Shown here piece by piece: positions 9,704 to 18,650 of a stretch of DNA of 64,000 nt. The notes beneath the pieces are model-generated. The model searched no databases, was not told the origin of the DNA, and was given only the letters and a program-made list of their open reading frames with translations. The stretch covers positions 26,204 through 90,203 of the forward strand of contig JAPLWQ010000003.1 in assembly GCA_026396515.1 (NCBI GenBank). Reading direction: 5' to 3'. Position 1 is the stretch's first letter. Every line of letters starts with the position of its first letter. The stretch comes from Candidatus Magasanikiibacteriota bacterium. GTDB lineage: Bacteria; Patescibacteriota; Patescibacteriia; Magasanikbacterales; GWA2-37-8. Both the position numbers and the translations under genes were made by a program.

Positions 9704-11204
9704 AAAAATACAAATTGTAGTATCCGCTTAGCCGCGCTCTCTCCGGGCCGTCAGTTTTTTTCCAGCCATTATCTTCCAGTGTTGTAGTAAGCCGGTTCAT
9801 ATAATTATACTCACCCTGCAAAAGAATAATTTTTTCAAAATTATCTAGGTTATGCTCTGCATACCAATCGTCAATTTTTTCTTTACTCAGTTGGATGAAT
9901 AGATAGTTCTTCTTTACCACCATGTCATCCCAACCCATATTTTCATAAAGCAACAGCGGCAGCGCCGGTGCGGAAATATTATTCGGCAAATAACGGTCAA
10001 TTTGTGATTTTAAAATATAATTATTGTATACAAGAGCAGTTTTATCTTTGGCGTGGTTCACATAAAATAATTCTATGTTTTTCCAGTCGGTGAGCGGTAA
10101 AGTAATCCATAACCGGTATAGGCCGATTGAGCAAACCACGGCGATAATCATCAGTGACGAAACTAATTTTTTGAAGGCGATTGATAGTGATTCGGCGAGC
10201 GCCAATACAACGAGCGGCAGGGCGCTTAGAAAAAATTTGATATGCCAGACATCGCAAGCGAATGAGAGCGCGATTGGCGTAAGCGCAATGATAAGCAGGA
10301 AAATAAAACGGTTGTCTTTTGCCTGAATTTTTTTAATAGTTGCGCCGGAAAGTAATATCACCGACGCGCCAACAAGTATTATGCCGGCATAAATCGGATA
10401 TTGACCGGCGATAATATTTATTAGTGGATTGACTGCACTTGTAAAAGAGTGAGCCATATTCAAAAACCACGCGCTGCCGAGGTCGTTACCGGATTTAACC
10501 GCAAGCGACGCCAATATCCAGATTAAACCGATTATACCCGGCAAAAGATTTAATTTTATCCAATCTATTGCCGCCGTTTTTCCTTTTAATATGATGAGCG
10601 AGACAAATTGTCCGGCCAGTAAAAAAACAGAGCTTAAATGAGCAAAAATAAGAAACAGGTTTGCAACAGCGTGGCAGCGCCGATTATGACGGTTATTGTC
10701 GATAAAATAGGTACGGAAAAAAAACCAGACCGAGCAAATAGCCAATAGCATAAAGATCGCATAAATTCTTGCCGTAGCCGACCAAAAGATATGGTATGGA
10801 TGAATTGCCAAATATAACGCCGCAATGTAGGCGGTTTTTTTACTGAATATTTCTTCTCCAAACTTATAAATAACATATACGGTAGCAACGCCGGCAATAA
10901 CGCTCGGCAGGCGGGCAAAAAATTCAATTGCCGGAAAGAAGTAAAGCCAAATTTTTAATACCAAGAGATGAAGCGGGGGATTCGTTTCCCAAAGCCAATA
11001 AACAAGGCCTTGGGGCCAGGATTTTTGGCTGTAAATAAAATTAAACATTTCATCGTCCCAAAAATCGCCGTATTTAAATACGGCGATAAGGCGAAGCAAG
11101 GCGGCCAGGGTGAGTATTGAGAGAAGGGGAATGTGAGGTTTTATTTTTTGCCACATAGAATCAGTATTACTGATTCCTATATTCCGCTTCGCGCAAGGCG
11201 ACAA
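9690..11204 (-). CDS. Multi-pass membrane glycosyltransferase of the PMT/ArnT (GT-C) family
   Basis: About 12 predicted TM helices. [11 protein letters not shown] (DE motif in the first external loop). Overlaps both prfA and prmC. The start may be the internal Met at 11156. Confidence 0.55.
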   Translation of the reverse strand: MSPCAKRNIGISNTDSMWQKIKPHIPLLSILTLAALLRLIAVFKYGDFWDDEMFNFIYSQKSWPQGLVYWLWETNPPLHLLVLKIWLYFFPAIEFFARLPSVIAGVATVYVIYKFGEEIFSKKTAYIAALYLAIHPYHIFWSATARIYAIFMLLAICSVWFFFRTYFIDNNRHNRRCHAVANLFLIFAHLSSVFLLAGQFVSLIILKGKTAAIDWIKLNLLPGIIGLIWILASLAVKSGNDLGSAWFLNMAHSFTSAVNPLINIIAGQYPIYAGIILVGASVILLSGATIKKIQAKDNRFIFLLIIALTPIALSFACDVWHIKFFLSALPLVVLALAESLSIAFKKLVSSLMIIAVVCSIGLYRLWITLPLTDWKNIELFYVNHAKDKTALVYNNYILKSQIDRYLPNNISAPALPLLLYENMGWDDMVVKKNYLFIQLSKEKIDDWYAEHNLDNFEKIILLQGEYNYMNRLTTTLEDNGWKKTDGPERARLSGYYNLYFYEKN

Positions 11205-12231
11205 TTAAGGGTTCCAAGTTTCCCTCAAGAACAACCTTAATATTATTCCAATTTTGATTGATGCGGTGGTCGGTGATCCGGTCCTGCGGAAAATTGTAAG
11301 TGCGGATTTTTTCGCTCCTATCGCCTGATCCTATTTGCGATTTTCGCTGGTCGGACAGTTCTTTTTCCCGCTTTTGGCGTTCCACTTCAAAAATTCTGGA
11401 ACGAAGAACGCGCATTGCCTTGTCTTTATTTGCCGCTTGAGATCGTTCATCCTGACATTGCACCATGGTGCCCGTGGGTACATGCACGATGCGCACTGCC
11501 GAATAAGTGGTGTTTACGCTTTGTCCGCCATGACCGCCGGCGCAGAAAGTATCAATGCGCAAATCTTTCGGCTCAATTTTCATTTCAGCTTCTTCAATTT
11601 CCGGTAACACCGCCACAGTCACGGTGGAAGTGTGAATGCGTCCGGATTTTTCCGTTTCCGGCACGCGCTGAACCCGGTGTACGCCCATTTCATATTTAAG
11701 ATCGCGATAGACCCCGCCGGATGATGGGTTGCCCTTTATAGAAAATAATACCTCTTTAAATCCGCCTATACCGATCATGCTGGTGTCGATTAGCGCGGTT
11801 TTCCATTTATGAGCTTCAGCATATTTTATATACATCCTGTACAGTTCTGCGGCAAAAAGAGCGGATTCGTCTCCGCCGGCAGCAGCCCTTATTTCTACGA
11901 TTACATCTTTTTTATCCATTGGGTCTGTTGGTCTGGTTATCTCATCCAGCTCAGTGTTCATCGCGGCAATCCGTGATTTCAATTCGTCAATCTCGGTAAA
12001 TGCCAGGCCTCTTAGCTCCTCATCAGTTTCCTTGGCGATTATAAGTTCGGCCTCGGCCAAGTTTTTTTCCAGACCCTGTAAAATATAAATTTTTTCGGCT
12101 GTTGCTTTCATCTCTGAGTATTCTTGAGACGCCTTTTTAAATTTTTCCTGGTTCTCAAGCACCGCCTTGTTTTGCAAGCCGTTTTCCAATTCCTCAAATT
12201 TATTGATTATGTCCTGGTACTTCTGCATCAT
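11167..12231 (-). CDS. prfA: Peptide chain release factor 1
   Basis: GGQ motif ([12 protein letters not shown]). RF1-type recognition region [17 protein letters not shown], with PET in place of PAT. Translated by hand from ccg gaa acg at about 11660-11668. Confidence 0.9.
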   Translation of the reverse strand: MMQKYQDIINKFEELENGLQNKAVLENQEKFKKASQEYSEMKATAEKIYILQGLEKNLAEAELIIAKETDEELRGLAFTEIDELKSRIAAMNTELDEITRPTDPMDKKDVIVEIRAAAGGDESALFAAELYRMYIKYAEAHKWKTALIDTSMIGIGGFKEVLFSIKGNPSSGGVYRDLKYEMGVHRVQRVPETEKSGRIHTSTVTVAVLPEIEEAEMKIEPKDLRIDTFCAGGHGGQSVNTTYSAVRIVHVPTGTMVQCQDERSQAANKDKAMRVLRSRIFEVERQKREKELSDQRKSQIGSGDRSEKIRTYNFPQDRITDHRINQNWNNIKVVLEGNLEPLIVALREAEYRNQ

Positions 12232-12234
12232 AGA

Positions 12235-13683
12235 TTACTTCATTTTTAAAAAATCTCTGATTTCATTGCGCGCCCGCCTGGTGACCGCGATTTTAAGCCA
12301 TGATTTTTTTGCCGTTGATTTTTCACTTTTAAAAACTTCCACAACGTCGTTTGATTTTAGCGGGTGAGTTATTGGCTCTATCTTGCCATTAACCTTCGCT
12401 TTTAGAAAATAATTCCCCAATTGGGCGTGAATGGCATAGGCAAAGTCAATCGGCGTGGCGTCTTCCGGCAAATCAATAACGTCGCCCTTGGGAGTGACAG
12501 CAAAAATTCTGTTGCGAAATAAGTCTATTTTAACCGTGCGAATCGTCTGCGGAACGGAAAAATTATTTTTTAATTCTTTTTGAATTTCCGCCAGCTCCTT
12601 CAGCCAGGCAGTACGGCGCCTGATATTTTCCGTGATGTTTTTTTCTTTTTCTTTATAAACCCAGTGAGCGGCGATACCGAACTCGGCTTCCTCGTGCATT
12701 TCCGGCGTGCGGACTTGAAATTCCACTACTTTTCGCTCGCAAAATACATTGGTGTGCAAAGAGCGGTAGCCGTTTGGTTTTGGCTGGGAAATATAATCTT
12801 TGAAACGGCCGGGCAGCGGCTTCCAATAGCGGTGAATAAGCCCGAGCATGGCGTAGCAGTCGCTTATTGTCGGCACAATTATTCTGCAGGCCGCGATATC
12901 GTAGACGCTTTTAGCATCGCGGTTTCGTGTTTTATATTTTTCATGCAAGCTGTATAAGCTTTTTATCCGGTTATCAATATTTAATATTTTTATCCCCGCG
13001 CTTTTAGCGCTTTCGCGCATCGCGCTCTCAATTGTTTTCATGCATTTGCCGTCGTCCTTATAATAGTTGGCCACCACCTCGGAAATTTTTTCATATTCCT
13101 TCGGTTCAAGATAAAAAAATGATAAGTCCTCCAGGTCGCGTTTAATTTTATCCATGCCTAAGCGGTTGGCGATAGCGGCATAAATATGCATACTCTCCAT
13201 TGCCAGGCGCTGTTGTTTTTCCGGCGGTAGATAACTGAGTGTTTTTAAATTATCAATGCGATCGGCAAATTTTATGAAAATTATCTGTACGTCTTCGGCC
13301 ATAGCCATAAACATCCTGCGCAAATTTTCCGCATATCGTTCTTTGCCCCAATATTTTAAACTGTCCAATCGATTCTCGCCGACAATTAGACGGGCAATTT
13401 TTTGGCCAAATTTTTGTCTGATATCGTCTTCGGAATAAACCGAATATTCCAAAATATCATGAAGCAATCCGGCTATAACAATATCCGGAGACAATTTCCA
13501 CTCCGCGAGAAGTGTCGCCACGTCGGCCGCGTGCTCAATTTGTTTGTTTCCGGAAGCCCGGCGGCGGTCGCCGTAGGCTGTTTCAGCAAATTCGTATGCT
13601 CTTTTTATGTCGGTCAAATCTTCAGACGGGCAGTTCTTTTTAAGAGTACGAAGAATGTTTTGCAGATCGTTTGTTTGTGGCAT
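12235..13683 (-). CDS. rel: Short bifunctional (p)ppGpp synthetase/hydrolase Rel (HD, synthetase and TGS domains; no ACT/RIS)
   Basis: HD motif (LLHDILEY). Synthetase motifs (DIAACRIIV, GYRSLHTNV). TGS (KVNGKIEPITHPLKSNDVVEV). 482 aa. Confidence 0.8.
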   Translation of the reverse strand: MPQTNDLQNILRTLKKNCPSEDLTDIKRAYEFAETAYGDRRRASGNKQIEHAADVATLLAEWKLSPDIVIAGLLHDILEYSVYSEDDIRQKFGQKIARLIVGENRLDSLKYWGKERYAENLRRMFMAMAEDVQIIFIKFADRIDNLKTLSYLPPEKQQRLAMESMHIYAAIANRLGMDKIKRDLEDLSFFYLEPKEYEKISEVVANYYKDDGKCMKTIESAMRESAKSAGIKILNIDNRIKSLYSLHEKYKTRNRDAKSVYDIAACRIIVPTISDCYAMLGLIHRYWKPLPGRFKDYISQPKPNGYRSLHTNVFCERKVVEFQVRTPEMHEEAEFGIAAHWVYKEKEKNITENIRRRTAWLKELAEIQKELKNNFSVPQTIRTVKIDLFRNRIFAVTPKGDVIDLPEDATPIDFAYAIHAQLGNYFLKAKVNGKIEPITHPLKSNDVVEVFKSEKSTAKKSWLKIAVTRRARNEIRDFLKMK

Positions 13684-13684
13684 A

Positions 13685-13731
13685 TAAAAGAAAAAGCCCT
13701 GCTGTCAGTATACAACTGCTGACAGCAGGGC
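13685..13731 (-). terminator. Strong rho-independent terminator for the foreign gene (minus strand)
   Basis: Perfect 13-bp stem gccctgctgtcag / ctgacagcagggc. On the minus strand it is followed by tttttcttttat. Confidence 0.75.
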
Positions 13732-13746
13732 GCAAGGAGAGAACGG

Positions 13747-15003
13747 TTATGTCTGGTCGCGTTCGATCTTCCGATAAGTTTGTTCTTTGATGTGTGTTTC
13801 CATCTCTTTTCGGATATCCAAATCGCTCCAGTCAATGCCGTATATTTCCGGCGGAAATAGATGATAGAACAGACCGGGACGTTCAGGATCTGTGAACCAG
13901 CGCAAGTTGTAGAGGTCGTGATTTTCAGGGCCGGTTGAATATTCAATGCTGTACAGATTTCTTGCCGGCATGTGCTGAACTTCGCGCCGGCAACCGTCCA
14001 GGTAGAGGTACTGGCTCTTGATGCAGAGCTTTTTATGAGAATGCCTGTTTTTAATAGGTACTCTTTTCACCGCGCCGTCGCTTTGGATAAGGGATGCGCG
14101 GGAAGTAAGATACGCTACGCCGTTATTTAACATCGCTTTTTCCAAATAGGCGAAGCGTATACCGTACATATCAGGAACACTCTCAAACAGTTCTGCTTGC
14201 GGCTCGCGGAATCTCCTGGCAAATGCCGATAGGTAGTCCTTCTGCCTTGCCTGCATGATCGCCTGGATTTTTCCTTTAAAAAGCGCATCCATTGTCAGCA
14301 GGTAAACAGTTTGGACAAGGCGTTTAAGATGGGGTCCGCGGGGCTCGGGACTTCCTTCAAGCGAGATGCCGCTGCACCGGTATTCGTTGCGTCTATCAAG
14401 AAAGATAAATACCTTCTTCGGTTCAAGAACCGCTTTAGGATTAAGCCATGCAACAAAGTCGGTGACTCGTCTTTCGCCCTCAGCGACAGGTAGCTTGTGA
14501 TTCCACCTATTGTTTAATTGCGTGGTCAGGAAGAAGTAATCACCGCTAAGCTCAAGCGCGCGCATTGCTTCAAAGGTTCTCCGATCGATCAGTGCATCTT
14601 CGTCCTTCACTTTATCACCGGGCATAAGTTTAAGCAGTTCGATCGGATCACTCGGTAGTTCGCTTGAGTTAAGCGGCTGAAGCTGTTCTCTGAGCCAGTA
14701 GGGCATGAGCCTCTCCATGAGAGAGACAATGTCTTCTCTGGAAGAATCTGTCTCAGACGCGAAGGTGTTTGCCACCCTCTCAAGGTCGGTGCGGAGCTTT
14801 GGCTGAAGAATCGCGCCGATGATGTCGGCGAAACGGTTCCTCGGAGTGGCGAAGCGTTCATTTTCCGCGCTGTCTTCCACAGTCATGATGCTGTTGTTGA
14901 GCAGCATCCACTTGTTAGACTCGCGCGCAAAATGATTCTTTTTTGACCTCAATTTCCGCAGTGACACATCACCGCGGGACAGAGATCCTGTTCGCGATGA
15001 CAT
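13747..15003 (-). CDS. Hypothetical protein of atypical composition (GC3-rich; CTC/CTG/AAG/GAG/ATC codons) with a canonical AAGGAGA RBS; function unknown
   Basis: 418-aa ORF. Codon usage visibly different from flanking AAA/GAA/ATT-rich genes. Own RBS, promoter region and terminator. Confidence 0.6.
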   Translation of the reverse strand: MSSRTGSLSRGDVSLRKLRSKKNHFARESNKWMLLNNSIMTVEDSAENERFATPRNRFADIIGAILQPKLRTDLERVANTFASETDSSREDIVSLMERLMPYWLREQLQPLNSSELPSDPIELLKLMPGDKVKDEDALIDRRTFEAMRALELSGDYFFLTTQLNNRWNHKLPVAEGERRVTDFVAWLNPKAVLEPKKVFIFLDRRNEYRCSGISLEGSPEPRGPHLKRLVQTVYLLTMDALFKGKIQAIMQARQKDYLSAFARRFREPQAELFESVPDMYGIRFAYLEKAMLNNGVAYLTSRASLIQSDGAVKRVPIKNRHSHKKLCIKSQYLYLDGCRREVQHMPARNLYSIEYSTGPENHDLYNLRWFTDPERPGLFYHLFPPEIYGIDWSDLDIRKEMETHIKEQTYRKIERDQT

Positions 15004-15004
15004 G

Positions 15005-15078
15005 TTAATTCTCCTTTGTCAATGAGCGATTATAGATAGTAATTTAAAGTAGCATAAATGCGAGCCTTTGTCAATAAT
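15005..15078 (-). promoter_or_regulatory. Promoter/operator region of the foreign gene with two direct repeats of cctttgtcaat (minus strand: ATTGACAAAGG)
   Basis: Repeats at about 15013-15023 and 15066-15076. Minus strand reads ...tctataatcgctcATTGACAAAGGAGAattaacATG. Confidence 0.35.
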
Positions 15079-15108
15079 ATAAAACAGGCCAAATTTGGCC
15101 TGTTTTTA
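15079..15108 (-). terminator. Bidirectional hairpin terminator downstream of rpmE
   Basis: caggccaaatttggcctg perfect palindrome flanked by T/A tracts. Confidence 0.7.
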
Positions 15109-15112
15109 TTGA

Positions 15113-15397
15113 TTATTCGCTCTTTTTTTCCTTCTTTTTGGCTGCCGAAGTGGCCTTTTTTACCTTTTTGCCTTTTCTGGCTGCTGAAGCCACAGTTTGC
15201 TTGCCGGCTCTCTCCTGGAATTTTTCGACACGGCGGGCTGTGTCAACGAATTTTTGTTTGCCGGTATAGAAGGGGTGGCACTTGCTGCACAGCTCTACGC
15301 GTATTTCCTTCAATATTGAGCCGGTTTTAAAGGTGTTTCCGCAGGCGCAGGTGACCGCGCAATCATTGTGAAACTCGGGATGGATATCTTTTTTCAT
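15113..15397 (-). CDS. rpmE: 50S ribosomal protein L31 with a Lys-rich C-terminal extension
   Basis: [10 protein letters not shown]...CxC...[10 protein letters not shown] signature of L31. Confidence 0.9.
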   Translation of the reverse strand: MKKDIHPEFHNDCAVTCACGNTFKTGSILKEIRVELCSKCHPFYTGKQKFVDTARRVEKFQERAGKQTVASAARKGKKVKKATSAAKKKEKKSE

Positions 15398-15424
15398 ACT
15401 TTGTTCAGTTTTTTAGCGAAATAT

Positions 15425-15475
15425 TGACTTTTTGGTCAAAATATGCTATATTTAGTTGTTAAAAAGTGCTATAAT
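15425..15475 (+). promoter_or_regulatory. Promoter region: TTGACT-16-TATATT, plus a downstream extended -10 (TGcTATAAT)
   Basis: aTTGACTttttggtcaaaatatgcTATATT and agTGcTATAATcat about 30 nt before the ATG at 15508. The -35 lies in a ttgac...gtcaa inverted repeat. Confidence 0.45.
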
Positions 15476-15507
15476 CATAGCATAAAAAATATTATTGTCA
15501 ACCCCAT

Positions 15508-16677
15508 ATGTTTAAAGAAGGATTAGCTAAACTATTTGGTGGAAAACCAAAAGAATCAACAGGAAAGGAAAACGTCGGACCGATAATGGTTGAAGGCGCT
15601 GAAGTTTTGTTCGAAAAACCTTCTGTCGAGGAAGAGACTACGCGCAAAATTGACGCAGAAAAAAAGGAAAATCCTTTCAGTTTTGAGACTGCCGAAGTTT
15701 CAGTCGAAAAAACCAAAGGAAAAGGGGAAGACAGAACGATTGTTTTTAATGACGGGAAGAAATCCATTTATGCTGTTTTAGATGGTATGGGAGGCCAAGA
15801 GGGCGGAGGCGGTGATGTGGCTGCGCAGATTGTGAAGGAATCCTTTTTGAGGGATGTTTCTAAAATAGATAAATTCCCGGAAGATGAAAGCGAATTACGC
15901 TCCATGCTTAATGAGATTGTCCAGAAAGCAAACAAGGAGTTGCAGAACAGTCCGACATCTGCTATTTATGAAAAAATGGGCACTACGCTTACTGCCGTAA
16001 TTTGTCATGATAAGAAAGCGACAATTGTCAGCGTTGGTGACAGCAAAGCTTATCGCATGCGCGAAGGGAAATTGGAACAGATTTCTGATGAAGATTCCGT
16101 AATTTATGTACTAAAAAAGAACGGCTACGATATTAATATGGGTATCCTGTCTACTGTGATGCCGGACGGCTCAAGACATGAGATAACTTTAAATGAGGCG
16201 ATGAGAAGTGCGAAGCATACGGCGTCGGAATTTGCCACTGAAGAAAGTAAGATGGCGAGTGAAAAAATCGTAAAACAATTATTAACAGGGTTCGGCGAAA
16301 TGTCGTTAAAAAGTTTGCGTAACGTGAATACCGGTGGAATTGCCGCCGGAGAAAAAAATCCGCCGTATATTCATGTGCGCACTTATGATGTTCAAGACGG
16401 TGACGAATATTTTGTTACGAGTGATGGTTTAACCGATAATTGTCTGGACCAAAATATTGAACAGGGTTTGAATAAGCTTGAGGGCAAATCTTCGGATGTA
16501 AAAGCTCAGGAGCTGGCGAAATTCGGTAAAAAAATGCAGGATAGAACCGTTCATCCGGACGCCAATAAGCCGGATGATATTTCCATTGTATATTTCAAAG
16601 CGCAGGAAAAAAATAAGAGCAAAATAGCGGAAGACATTGAAGAATTGAACATTGAAGATATCCAGGAAGTCGGTTGA
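15508..16677 (+). CDS. PP2C-family (PPM) Ser/Thr protein phosphatase
   Basis: YAVLDGMGG, GTTLTAV, VGDSKAY, SDGLTD and DDISIVY motifs. Confidence 0.8.
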   Translation: MFKEGLAKLFGGKPKESTGKENVGPIMVEGAEVLFEKPSVEEETTRKIDAEKKENPFSFETAEVSVEKTKGKGEDRTIVFNDGKKSIYAVLDGMGGQEGGGGDVAAQIVKESFLRDVSKIDKFPEDESELRSMLNEIVQKANKELQNSPTSAIYEKMGTTLTAVICHDKKATIVSVGDSKAYRMREGKLEQISDEDSVIYVLKKNGYDINMGILSTVMPDGSRHEITLNEAMRSAKHTASEFATEESKMASEKIVKQLLTGFGEMSLKSLRNVNTGGIAAGEKNPPYIHVRTYDVQDGDEYFVTSDGLTDNCLDQNIEQGLNKLEGKSSDVKAQELAKFGKKMQDRTVHPDANKPDDISIVYFKAQEKNKSKIAEDIEELNIEDIQEVG

Positions 16678-16686
16678 TAGAGACTC

Positions 16687-16715
16687 TTGACGAAATTCAA
16701 AAAACAGGTTATACT
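16687..16715 (+). promoter_or_regulatory. Sigma-70 promoter TTGACG-17-TATACT for rpsB-tsf, followed by a structured leader of about 100 nt
   Basis: Consensus-like spacing counted in the sequence. The leader contains repeated tcgggg motifs. Confidence 0.55.
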
Positions 16716-16825
16716 CGCGATAACCTGTTTATATTTAACGGGGTTAATTATCTCTCACCAACTCACTTTTTTCCTCTTCGGGGCCATTCCTCGGGGTCGG
16801 GTTGGGAGGTTAAAGGAAAAACACT

Positions 16826-17605
16826 ATGTCAAAGTTACCAACTTTGCTGGAGTTGCTGAAAGCCGGAATCCATTTCGGCCATCAGAAATCCCGCTGGCAC
16901 CCCAAGATGAAGCCATATATTTATGGCGCTCGCGGGGGAATCCATATTATTGATCTGGATAAAACTCTCGAAATGCTCGAGACGGCTCTGGATTATGCGA
17001 AAAACCTCGCCGCAGAAGGCAAGGTTATTTTATTTGTCGGCACCAAGCGCCAGACCCGCGATCTGATTAAAGCCGCGGCCGAGGCCTGTGGTATGCCATA
17101 TTTGGTGGAACGCTGGATTGGCGGGTTGCTCACCAACTTTGATGAAATGAAACGACGTCTGCGAAAATATCAGAATATGCATGAGCAGGTGAAGACCGGA
17201 GAGGTGGAAAAATACACTAAAAAGGAACAGATTAAATTTAAGAAAGATTTGGAAAAAATGGACAGATACTTGGTGGGTTTAACCAATCTGGAAAAAATGC
17301 CGGATGCGATATATATCGCCGATATGCGAACGGAAAAAACCGCGTTAGCGGAAACATCCCGCAAGCATGTTCCGGTTATCGGCATCTGCGATACCAATGT
17401 GGATCCGGAGGACGCCGACTATCCGATCCCGGCCAATGACGATGCGGTGAATTCAATTAAGATTATGGCCGATCTTTTGGCCGAAGCAATAAATGAAGGC
17501 AAGAAGGAATTTGAGAAGAAAAAAGCCGAAGCGCCGAAAGACGAAAAAAAGCCGGAAGTCGTGAGGGCACAACAGCGGGTCATCCGCAAGGAAGGCTCTG
17601 ACTAA
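16826..17605 (+). CDS. rpsB: 30S ribosomal protein S2
   Basis: LLKAGIHFGHQKSRWHPKMKPYIYGARGGIHIIDL... Confidence 0.95.
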   Translation: MSKLPTLLELLKAGIHFGHQKSRWHPKMKPYIYGARGGIHIIDLDKTLEMLETALDYAKNLAAEGKVILFVGTKRQTRDLIKAAAEACGMPYLVERWIGGLLTNFDEMKRRLRKYQNMHEQVKTGEVEKYTKKEQIKFKKDLEKMDRYLVGLTNLEKMPDAIYIADMRTEKTALAETSRKHVPVIGICDTNVDPEDADYPIPANDDAVNSIKIMADLLAEAINEGKKEFEKKKAEAPKDEKKPEVVRAQQRVIRKEGSD

Positions 17606-17662
17606 AAAAATTTTTGAAGGGGGGTGCTGGAATATTATTTCAGCAACACTATAAATAAATAT

Positions 17663-18517
17663 ATGACAACTCAAGATATCACAAAATTGCGCGAGATGAC
17701 CGGTGCCGGAATGATGGATTGTAAAAAGGCACTGGATGAATCGGCGGGGGATATGGAAAAGGCGGTTGAGATTCTGCGGAAAAAAGGCATTATCAAAGCT
17801 GCAAAAAGAGGCGATAAGATTGCGGCCGAGGGTTTGACCGCGGTCAAAATAGAGGGAAATGTCGCTGCGATTGTTGAGGTGAACGCAGAAACAGATTTTG
17901 TGGCAGAAAGTGATGCTTTTCAGGATCTGGTTAATTTAATTGTAGGCACGGCTATTGCAGAAAAACCGGCAACGGTTGAAGAAGCTATGGCCAAACCGGG
18001 CCTTCAGGATAAATTCAATGAAGCTGTAGCCAAAATTGGTGAAAAGCTCAATTTACGACGCCTTCAGGTGATTACCGCAGAGGCCGGAGAAACAATCGGC
18101 AGCTATCTTCATTTGGGCGGAAAAATCTCCGTGTTGGTGAAAATGATCGGAGGCAATGATGGTTTGGCAAAAGATATTGCTATGCATATTGCCGGCGCCA
18201 GTCCGAAATATTTGAACCGCGAGTCAGTTGATGCGGCAGAGATAAATAAAGAAATTGAAATCGCCTCTGAACAATTGCGCGCGCAGGGCAAGCCGGAAAA
18301 TATTATTGAAAATATTGTTAAAGGCAAAATGGATAAATTTTATAGCGAGGTTTGCCTTTTGGAACAACCGTTTGTCAAAGACGAAGAAAAAACCGTCGGT
18401 AAATTGGCCGAAGAATCAGGCGCCACGATAAAAGGGTTTTGGCGCTATGAGTTGGGTGAGGGGATAGAAAAGAAACAATGCGATTTTGCCGCTGAAGTGG
18501 CAGAACAATTGAAATAA
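17663..18517 (+). CDS. tsf: Elongation factor Ts
   Basis: ITKLREMTGAGMMDCKKAL N-terminal UBA-like motif. An alternative GTG start at 17624 is preceded by GAAGGGGGG. Confidence 0.9.
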   Translation: MTTQDITKLREMTGAGMMDCKKALDESAGDMEKAVEILRKKGIIKAAKRGDKIAAEGLTAVKIEGNVAAIVEVNAETDFVAESDAFQDLVNLIVGTAIAEKPATVEEAMAKPGLQDKFNEAVAKIGEKLNLRRLQVITAEAGETIGSYLHLGGKISVLVKMIGGNDGLAKDIAMHIAGASPKYLNRESVDAAEINKEIEIASEQLRAQGKPENIIENIVKGKMDKFYSEVCLLEQPFVKDEEKTVGKLAEESGATIKGFWRYELGEGIEKKQCDFAAEVAEQLK

Positions 18518-18529
18518 TCAATGCGATAA

Positions 18530-18558
18530 AAACCCCGCTGAAAAAGCGGGGTTTTTTG
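18530..18558 (+). terminator. Rho-independent terminator after tsf
   Basis: ccccgctgaaaaagcgggg followed by tttttt. Confidence 0.8.
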
Positions 18559-18594
18559 TACACAGGGGGTTAAAGAAAGCAGGGGTTCTTGTTT

Positions 18595-18605
18595 TGTGGT
18601 ATAAT
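18595..18605 (+). promoter_or_regulatory. Extended -10 promoter (TGgTATAAT) for the giant surface-protein gene
   Basis: tgtggtataat located 45 nt upstream of the ATG at 18651. Confidence 0.45.
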
Positions 18606-18650
18606 ACCGTTGATGAAAAACTCATCAAATTTATTGTATTATTATATTAT

